DNA from: a virus
Taxonomy: Duplodnaviria > Caudoviricetes
Virus record (IMG/VR): IMGVR_UViG_3300046171_000030
Coordinates: 1 to 54,633 of that record
DNA: 54,633 nt
Strand: one strand, 5' to 3'
Below the pieces are notes generated by a model. That model was not told the DNA's origin. It saw nothing but the letters and a program-made list of their open reading frames with translations, and made no database searches. Each line of letters starts with the position of its first letter. Positions within the stretch are counted from its first letter, which is position 1. Of the stretch, positions 49,080 to 54,633 are shown in pieces. The translations under genes and the position numbers were made by a program.

Positions 49080-49376
49080 ATGGCTCCTCGTGCGCCTCAA
49101 AGACCAACAGCCAAAAAACCTGCTCCTAAACGTAACTATAGAAAAGAACAGGCATATGATTCACAGCCTCACGTTAAAAAGAAACGTGCTAATCGTAACT
49201 TGGCACGTAGACGTGCTATGAGGGCGGGTCTTGTACAAAAGGGTGATGGCAAGGATGTGCATCACGTAAATGGTAACGCATTAGATAAAAATGGTGCCAC
49301 TAAAGTAGTGAAGGCATCACAGAATAGATCGTACCCTCGTAAACGTAATGCAGGTAAGCGTAACGCCCGTGCATAG
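49080..49376 (+). CDS. HNH-like basic protein
   Basis: KDVHHVNGN...SQNRS. Confidence 0.65.
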   Translation: MAPRAPQRPTAKKPAPKRNYRKEQAYDSQPHVKKKRANRNLARRRAMRAGLVQKGDGKDVHHVNGNALDKNGATKVVKASQNRSYPRKRNAGKRNARA

Positions 49377-49896
49377 AATTGAAGCTGACATACGCAAGTG
49401 GTCACACGAGTTCCTAGAAGTACCTAATAAGAAACTTAATGGATTACCGCCTTGCCCCTACGCTAAACAGGCGTGGCTAGACAACAAAGTTGTGTTCAGC
49501 ATAAACACAGGGGTAGATGGACTAGCAAAAGAAGTGGCAGACTTTGAGTCACATGACTATGACATAGTTGTATGGGCTAGTCAGTACCTACCTGAAATGC
49601 AATACCTAGATGGATGGTGTGATGGTGTAAATGAAGCCATGTCCATTACAGGTAAAGATATGCACCTCATGGTGTTTCATCCAGACTACGATGCTGAAGA
49701 AGCTGGTCTGGACTTTTTAGTTGATGAGGACGCAACAGATAACAGCCTAGTGTACTGCATGGTGTTTGTACAGAGGCTATCAACCCTAGACGATGCAGCA
49801 CTAAGTCTGGAGAAGTCTGGGTACTACAAGCACTTTCCAGTGGATGTGTTTCAATCATTAGTAATAGACAGACGGAGATTAAGAAATGGTAGCTAA
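49348..49896 (+). CDS. DUF1415-like protein
   Basis: CPYAK, VFHPDY, VQRL. Confidence 0.6.
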   Translation: MQVSVTPVHRIEADIRKWSHEFLEVPNKKLNGLPPCPYAKQAWLDNKVVFSINTGVDGLAKEVADFESHDYDIVVWASQYLPEMQYLDGWCDGVNEAMSITGKDMHLMVFHPDYDAEEAGLDFLVDEDATDNSLVYCMVFVQRLSTLDDAALSLEKSGYYKHFPVDVFQSLVIDRRRLRNGS

Positions 49897-50062
49897 GAAA
49901 AAGATGCGTGGCGGCGGAATGGCTAAAATGGCAAAGAAGAAGATGATGCGTGGTGGCATGGCAGCTAAGACAGCACCGAAGCGTATGCGTGGCGGTGGCA
50001 TGCCTAAGATGGCAGCTAAAAAGAAAATGATGATGCGTGGTGGGGCTGTTAAAAAGAAATGA
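49886..50062 (+). CDS. Unannotated 58-aa polybasic protein with four MRGG repeats
   Basis: MVAKKKMRGGGMAKMAKKKMMRGGMAAKTAPKRMRGGGMPKMAAKKKMMMRGGAVKKK; GGAG RBS. Confidence 0.8.
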   Translation: MVAKKKMRGGGMAKMAKKKMMRGGMAAKTAPKRMRGGGMPKMAAKKKMMMRGGAVKKK

Positions 50063-50181
50063 GGAAGAAACTCGTTTATTATTTTGCGTTAGCCCTGCTT
50101 AATATTGGTAAGCCATTTACTCGTATTGGTAACTGGTTCTGGAAGAAGCATAGAGATGTTTTAGACTGGAACGATAAGTGA
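50059..50181 (+). CDS. Small protein missing from ORF track (40 aa)
   Basis: ATGA and GTGA overlaps on both sides. Confidence 0.55.
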   Translation: MRKKLVYYFALALLNIGKPFTRIGNWFWKKHRDVLDWNDK

Positions 50182-50936
50182 GTATTACGCATTATCCAGA
50201 AGTAGTGACGTTTGGTGGTGGCGTAGGCGACTACCCATACTTCCTGCAGGTATCTCGTGGTTTAATTACCGGACACAAACGTGTATTTAAGTTTGGGTAC
50301 AACGGCGACATTGACGACTCAGAAGAAACTATTTGGGATGTAGGCGGTCTGTATGCTTATTCAGCTAGTGCTGTTACCATGACAGCTACCAGTAGTTCGG
50401 GTGCTACAGACGAAGATGTCGAAGTAACCATTCAAGGTTTGGACGCAAGTTATAACGAGTTATCTGAAACAGTAACTCTAGACGCATCAGGAACGGCAAC
50501 GACAACAGGAAGTTTTTTGCGTGTATATCGTGTCTTTGTGTCTAGCGGTACTGCATCCGCAGGCAACATTACTATTGCTAACGGCGGCACAACCTACGCA
50601 TATGTTTCAGCGGCTGACCAACAAACATTGATGGCCTTGTGGACTGTACCTGCTGGATATACAGCATATTTATTTCAAGTAGACACCACTGCGTTTACGG
50701 TACAGAACAATAAAGTTGCCACGATACGTATGCTCACCCGTGAACTAAATGGTGTGTTCCGCACGCAAAACAAGTTTGATTTGTTCGAAGGGTCGTATCA
50801 TCAAGACATCACTTGCCCACAGCCGATCCCGGAAAAAACAGACATCGAGTTTCGTGCCATTGCAGACAGTTCAAACGCTGACCTACGAGTTGCAGCATCT
50901 TTCGATATCATTTACATAGCGAACACAGCCCCATGA
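50178..50936 (+). CDS. Putative virion structural protein
   Basis: 252 aa beta-rich; FKFGYN, FLRVYR, PEKTDIEFRA. Confidence 0.6.
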   Translation: MSITHYPEVVTFGGGVGDYPYFLQVSRGLITGHKRVFKFGYNGDIDDSEETIWDVGGLYAYSASAVTMTATSSSGATDEDVEVTIQGLDASYNELSETVTLDASGTATTTGSFLRVYRVFVSSGTASAGNITIANGGTTYAYVSAADQQTLMALWTVPAGYTAYLFQVDTTAFTVQNNKVATIRMLTRELNGVFRTQNKFDLFEGSYHQDITCPQPIPEKTDIEFRAIADSSNADLRVAASFDIIYIANTAP

Positions 50937-51271
50937 TACAAACCAAAAATAGAACAGTAGGTGTAGAACTGACTACAAGCAATCAAGACTTGTACACAGT
51001 GCCTGCAAATTTTGAAACAAACATTAAATCTATTTACGTGAACAATGCCTCATCTAGCAGTGTTACATTTAGTCTTGATTGGTACGACAGTCAAAATGCA
51101 ACATACTATACGTTAGCTGAAACAGTAAACCTTGTGCCAAATAGTTTGTTACAGATTACAGAAGCTATGTGGCTGTATAAAGCTGACAAGTTTCGTGGTC
51201 TTGCTAGTGCAAACAGTGCAGTGACTGTAGTGTTTAATGTAGAAGAAACATTCGTACCCCAAAGGAATTAG
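50933..51271 (+). CDS. Putative virion structural protein
   Basis: DLYTVPA...IKSIYVNN beta-sandwich pattern. Confidence 0.55.
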   Translation: MIQTKNRTVGVELTTSNQDLYTVPANFETNIKSIYVNNASSSSVTFSLDWYDSQNATYYTLAETVNLVPNSLLQITEAMWLYKADKFRGLASANSAVTVVFNVEETFVPQRN

Positions 51272-51283
51272 AGGAGATAGGAG

Positions 51284-51565
51284 ATGGTACGTGTCCCTAA
51301 AAAAGCCCCCCTTAAAAAGAAAACCACACAAGCTAGAGCGAAAAAGAAACCGACTGGAAAGGTTAGCCTTTCGCAAGGGGGTGCGCCACAAAGCAAGTCG
51401 AGAGTTAATGAAGCTGGCAACTACACTAAGCCCGGAATGAGGAAACAACAGTTTAATCGTATCAAAGCTGGTGGTAAAGGCGGTTCGCCCGGTCAGTGGT
51501 CTGCACGTAAAGCGCAGATGTTAGCTAAAGCATATAAGGCAGCAGGCGGTGGATATAAAAACTAA
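51284..51565 (+). CDS. Basic protein (GQWSARKAQ; DUF5872-like N-part)
   Basis: GGSPGQWSARKAQMLAKAYKAAGGGY. Confidence 0.6.
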   Translation: MVRVPKKAPLKKKTTQARAKKKPTGKVSLSQGGAPQSKSRVNEAGNYTKPGMRKQQFNRIKAGGKGGSPGQWSARKAQMLAKAYKAAGGGYKN

Positions 51566-51753
51566 TGGAAAAGCAAATTATCACTGGCTTGATGGCTATT
51601 ATGATTGGCCTTGCCGGTTGGAACCTAAAGACAACACATGACTTGAGTATTACAGTTAGCAATATGCAAGTTAGCCACGCAGACAAAGATGCTATTCAAG
51701 ATATGAAGATGGCTATACAAAGGCTAGAATTACTACTTCTACAAGACCAATGA
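51565..51753 (+). CDS. Small membrane-anchored coiled-coil protein
   Basis: N-terminal TM helix. Confidence 0.55.
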   Translation: MEKQIITGLMAIMIGLAGWNLKTTHDLSITVSNMQVSHADKDAIQDMKMAIQRLELLLLQDQ

Positions 51754-51929
51754 TTGTATTTGTTTTGTACGTATATTTAGGTGCAAATGTAATAGACAAA
51801 ACACAGAAGTTTATAGACATGGATAGGTGCCTATACTTTGCTGAACGACTGTCCCGACAACAATCTGTTCCAGTAGGTGAAGGTAGAAGACTAAAGATAA
51901 CTGCAGTATGTAGACCCCAACCTAAGTAG
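51750..51929 (+). CDS. Small protein missing from ORF track (59 aa)
   Basis: MIVFVLYVYLG...RCLYFA...AVCRP; ATGA overlap. Confidence 0.6.
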   Translation: MIVFVLYVYLGANVIDKTQKFIDMDRCLYFAERLSRQQSVPVGEGRRLKITAVCRPQPK

Positions 51930-51941
51930 GAACCAACCAAC

Positions 51942-52439
51942 ATGATTGCTGAAACCCTAGCAGGTATTGCACTTGTAAAGAGTGCCGTAGATGGAATTAA
52001 ATCCGCAATTGGCACAGCCCAAGACATCGGTGAAATTGCAAGTCATATAGATAATCTCTTTGAGGGCGAGAAGCAAGTACAACAGCAACGTGCTAAGAAG
52101 TCGGGTGCTGGTGTAGCAGATCAGTTCGGCATCAAAACTGTAGCACAGGAAATGATAGACGCTAAACTTGCAAAAGAAAAAATGCAAGAGATGGCTACTA
52201 TGATTGACATGCGATTTGGTCACGGTACGTGGGCAGGTATTGTAGCGGAACGTGCAAAGAGAATACAAGAAGCTAAAGAAGCTGCAGCAGCAGCCAGACG
52301 TGAAGCAATAATAAAACACAATGAAATGATGGAAACAGTAAAGATTGTACTTGCTGTTGGTGTGGTTTCTGCTATTGCACTTGGGTTTTTTATTTTTGCA
52401 ATAACTGCTTCTGCTATGGCTTATGCATTAATTACTTGA
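51942..52439 (+). CDS. Membrane protein with coiled coil and C-terminal TM helix
   Basis: 165 aa; IDMRFGHGTW; hydrophobic C-terminus. Confidence 0.65.
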   Translation: MIAETLAGIALVKSAVDGIKSAIGTAQDIGEIASHIDNLFEGEKQVQQQRAKKSGAGVADQFGIKTVAQEMIDAKLAKEKMQEMATMIDMRFGHGTWAGIVAERAKRIQEAKEAAAAARREAIIKHNEMMETVKIVLAVGVVSAIALGFFIFAITASAMAYALIT

Positions 52440-52464
52440 CATTTGAATTAGAAACTGGTATAAC
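52436..52464 (+). promoter_or_regulatory. Sigma70-like promoter giving near-leaderless mRNA
   Basis: TTGACA-N17-TATAAC, ATG 6 nt downstream. Confidence 0.7.
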
Positions 52465-52470
52465 TTAACC

Positions 52471-52734
52471 ATGACACTTAAAAAACCACAAGCAAGCCTT
52501 AAACGCTGGACAGCAGAAGAGTGGGGTACTAAAAGTGGAAAGCCGTCTACTCAGGGATCAAAAGCAACGGGCGAAAGATATCTCCCAAAAAAGGCTCGCC
52601 AAGCGTTATCGCCGCAGGAGTATGCGGCTACAACCCGTGCTAAAAGAGAAGGAACTCGTGCTGGTAAGCAGTTCGTCAGCCAGCCTAAAGCGATACGAAA
52701 GAAAACCGCTAAGTTCAGAAGGGGTAAGGCATAA
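52471..52734 (+). CDS. Basic protein (SLKRWTAEEW...ERYLPKKA; DUF5872-like C-part)
   Basis: Motif pattern. Confidence 0.6.
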   Translation: MTLKKPQASLKRWTAEEWGTKSGKPSTQGSKATGERYLPKKARQALSPQEYAATTRAKREGTRAGKQFVSQPKAIRKKTAKFRRGKA

Positions 52735-53117
52735 TGTGGACAGCACTGATAGGTCCAATAGCTAATATAGCTGGGAGTTGGATGAATGGAAAACTTGAAG
52801 AAACGAAAGCTACATCGTCAGTTAAAGTCGCAAAGGCGAAAGCTGAAGCAGCTATCATGGAAAAGAAAGCCACTGGCGAAATTGACTGGGATATTGAAAT
52901 GGCTCGCAGTTCGGCTTCGTCTTGGAAAGACGAGTGGCTTACCATACTTTTCAGTATTCCGCTAATCCTAGCATTTGTACCCGGCATGGAAGATGTAGTA
53001 GCTAATGGATTTGCAAGACTCAACGAGATGCCTGAATGGTATCAATACTCACTTGGAGTTATCGTTGCGGCTTCTTTTGGAGTTCGTAGCGCAACTAAAT
53101 TCTTTGGAAAAAAATGA
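52734..53117 (+). CDS. Putative holin
   Basis: SWKDEW followed by two TM helices; near lysozyme. Confidence 0.6.
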   Translation: MWTALIGPIANIAGSWMNGKLEETKATSSVKVAKAKAEAAIMEKKATGEIDWDIEMARSSASSWKDEWLTILFSIPLILAFVPGMEDVVANGFARLNEMPEWYQYSLGVIVAASFGVRSATKFFGKK

Positions 53118-53222
53118 AAACCTTACTAAGATTATTAAGTAAATTATTGCCTAGTGTTGAAAGCGGTGACTTGTCAAAGCATCGTTTGTATACGACTAGA
53201 TATGAAGATTTGTGTAAGTAAT

Positions 53223-53462
53223 ATGGCTGCAGAAAAGATACTTGAATGGAAACTCCTACCAAGATTTATGATGCTCGTAATGACGCTTATGAGTTGGCGT
53301 GTAGTGGAGTGGTTCATGTCCTTGTCCGATCCCAGTGCAGCACAGGCTGGTTTAGTATCTGTGGTAACAGGCGCAATGACAGGAGCGTTTGCCGTGTGGA
53401 TGAACCACGAAGGTAAACATCCGGGCCAGTCTAACCACAAGATTAGTGAATCACGTAAATGA
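53223..53462 (+). CDS. Two-TM membrane protein (possible lysis accessory)
   Basis: LPRFMM; two hydrophobic helices; abuts lysozyme. Confidence 0.55.
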   Translation: MAAEKILEWKLLPRFMMLVMTLMSWRVVEWFMSLSDPSAAQAGLVSVVTGAMTGAFAVWMNHEGKHPGQSNHKISESRK

Positions 53463-53944
53463 AGTATCGCAGAGAAAACTTTATTGAAAAGCTAGTGGCG
53501 CATGAAGGTTTGCGTTTACAAGTATATCAGGATACTTTAGGAATTGATACAATTGGTATCGGACGAAACCTAGAAGACCGTGGCATTACTAAGGAAGAAC
53601 TAGATGACCTAGATATTCCTACTATAGATCACGTATATGAATATGGTATAACAGAAGCCGATGCGGTCTATCTAGCAACGAATGACGTACAGATTGTCGA
53701 AGAAGAACTGGTACGTGCGCACCCTTGCGTGGACAGATTAGACAGTGTACGTCAACTTATCTTGATGGATATGGCATTTAATATGGGTGTGCCACGTTTG
53801 TGTAAGTTTGCTAAGATGTGGAACGCTATCCATGAAGAAGATTATCCTACCGCAGCAAAAGAAATGCTTGACAGCAGGTGGGCAAATCAGGTAAAATCAC
53901 GTGCAGTGAAGTTAGCTAACGCAATGCACAACGGAGAATTTTAA
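53459..53944 (+). CDS. Endolysin, T4-lysozyme-like (GH24)
   Basis: HEGLRLQVYQDTLGIDTIGIG (E-8-D-5-T triad), MAFNMG, SRWANQV. Confidence 0.92.
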   Translation: MKYRRENFIEKLVAHEGLRLQVYQDTLGIDTIGIGRNLEDRGITKEELDDLDIPTIDHVYEYGITEADAVYLATNDVQIVEEELVRAHPCVDRLDSVRQLILMDMAFNMGVPRLCKFAKMWNAIHEEDYPTAAKEMLDSRWANQVKSRAVKLANAMHNGEF

Positions 53945-53945
53945 T

Positions 53946-54101
53946 ATGACTACTAAAAAAGCTAAATTTAGAAATGTTAGCCGTAAAGGAAAAACCTTTG
54001 ACGGTTATGAAAAAGAGTTTCTTCCTATGCTTAGTTTCGATAATTTAAAAAAGGGTGCTAAAGAGTTTGCAGACTATCTTGCAAGTAAGGTAAAAGATTA
54101 A
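53946..54101 (+). CDS. Small basic protein missing from ORF track (51 aa)
   Basis: GGAG RBS, TAATG coupling to next gene. Confidence 0.55.
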   Translation: MTTKKAKFRNVSRKGKTFDGYEKEFLPMLSFDNLKKGAKEFADYLASKVKD

Positions 54102-54475
54102 TGGCTAGACAATTAACAGAAAGACAACAGAAGTTTTTAAATGTCTTGTTTGATGAAGCTGGTGGTGATATGGTTGCTGCCAAGAAACTGGCAGGTTATG
54201 CTGACACTTCTAGCACTGGTGAAATTATCAAGGGTCTTAAAGAAGAAATACTTGAGGCCACTCAAATGTACATGGCACGTAATGCGCCGAAGGCAGCGAT
54301 GGCGATGACAGGTGCTTTGTATGACCCGACTGAACTTGGTATTCGTGATAAGATGTCTGCAGCTAAAGAACTGCTTGACCGTGTAGGTCTAGTGAAGACT
54401 GAGAAGATGCAAGTAGAAGCATCCGGCGGTGTCATGCTTATGCCACCTAAAGCTATTGTAGAGGATGATGACTGA
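54101..54475 (+). CDS. terS: Putative terminase small subunit
   Basis: LTERQQKF...AAKKLAGY HTH, AAKELLDR; lies shortly upstream of TerL if circular. Confidence 0.7.
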   Translation: MARQLTERQQKFLNVLFDEAGGDMVAAKKLAGYADTSSTGEIIKGLKEEILEATQMYMARNAPKAAMAMTGALYDPTELGIRDKMSAAKELLDRVGLVKTEKMQVEASGGVMLMPPKAIVEDDD

Positions 54476-54633
54476 TGGCACCGCCAAATAAAAGACCTAA
54501 AACTAAAGCGCAAACTAGACACGCAGCTATAGCTAAAGATACTAAAGTTAAAACAGCGCAAACGAAAATAGAAGAATTAAAAAAAATTAAACCTTCTAAT
54601 TTAAGTGCAAAGGATGTAAAAGTACGAAACGCA
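54475..54633 (+). CDS. Basic protein running off window end (may continue at 1-45)
   Basis: ATG 54475, open 53 codons; frame 1 of window start continues LQGLAPVQRKTNDT-stop. Confidence 0.55.
   Translation, partial: MAPPNKRPKTKAQTRHAAIAKDTKVKTAQTKIEELKKIKPSNLSAKDVKVRNA

Overview
The window appears to be a complete or near-complete, circularly permuted genome of a marine podovirus (about 54.6 kb). Its gene content matches HMO-2011-type phages of SAR116/Roseobacter hosts: a PolA with an inserted DnaJ-like CxxCxGxG zinc finger, separate primase and helicase, a tyrosine recombinase, class II RNR, MazG, and no RNA polymerase. The + strand at 1-26.6 kb carries terminase, portal, scaffold, capsid, tail, fibre and internal virion genes. 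The - strand at 26.6-46.5 kb carries replication/nucleotide metabolism genes and small early genes. A non-coding divergence region lies at about 46.5-47.3 kb (probable physical ends). The + strand at 47.3-54.6 kb carries small basic proteins, lysis genes and TerS. The most unusual signals are: (1) a candidate virion proteolytic maturation system, with a shared [MFYL]xxGG motif in five proteins (one an unannotated 58-aa MRGG polybasic protein), a GEFVF module in the usual prohead-protease gene position, a C-terminal Hint domain and a CWVAREVYG domain; (2) one repeated internal-loop RNA motif in the leaders of both scaffold and major capsid genes; (3) seven TGTAAC-N3-GTTACA palindromes punctuating the early region. 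All calls come from reading the sequence by eye; no searches were run.
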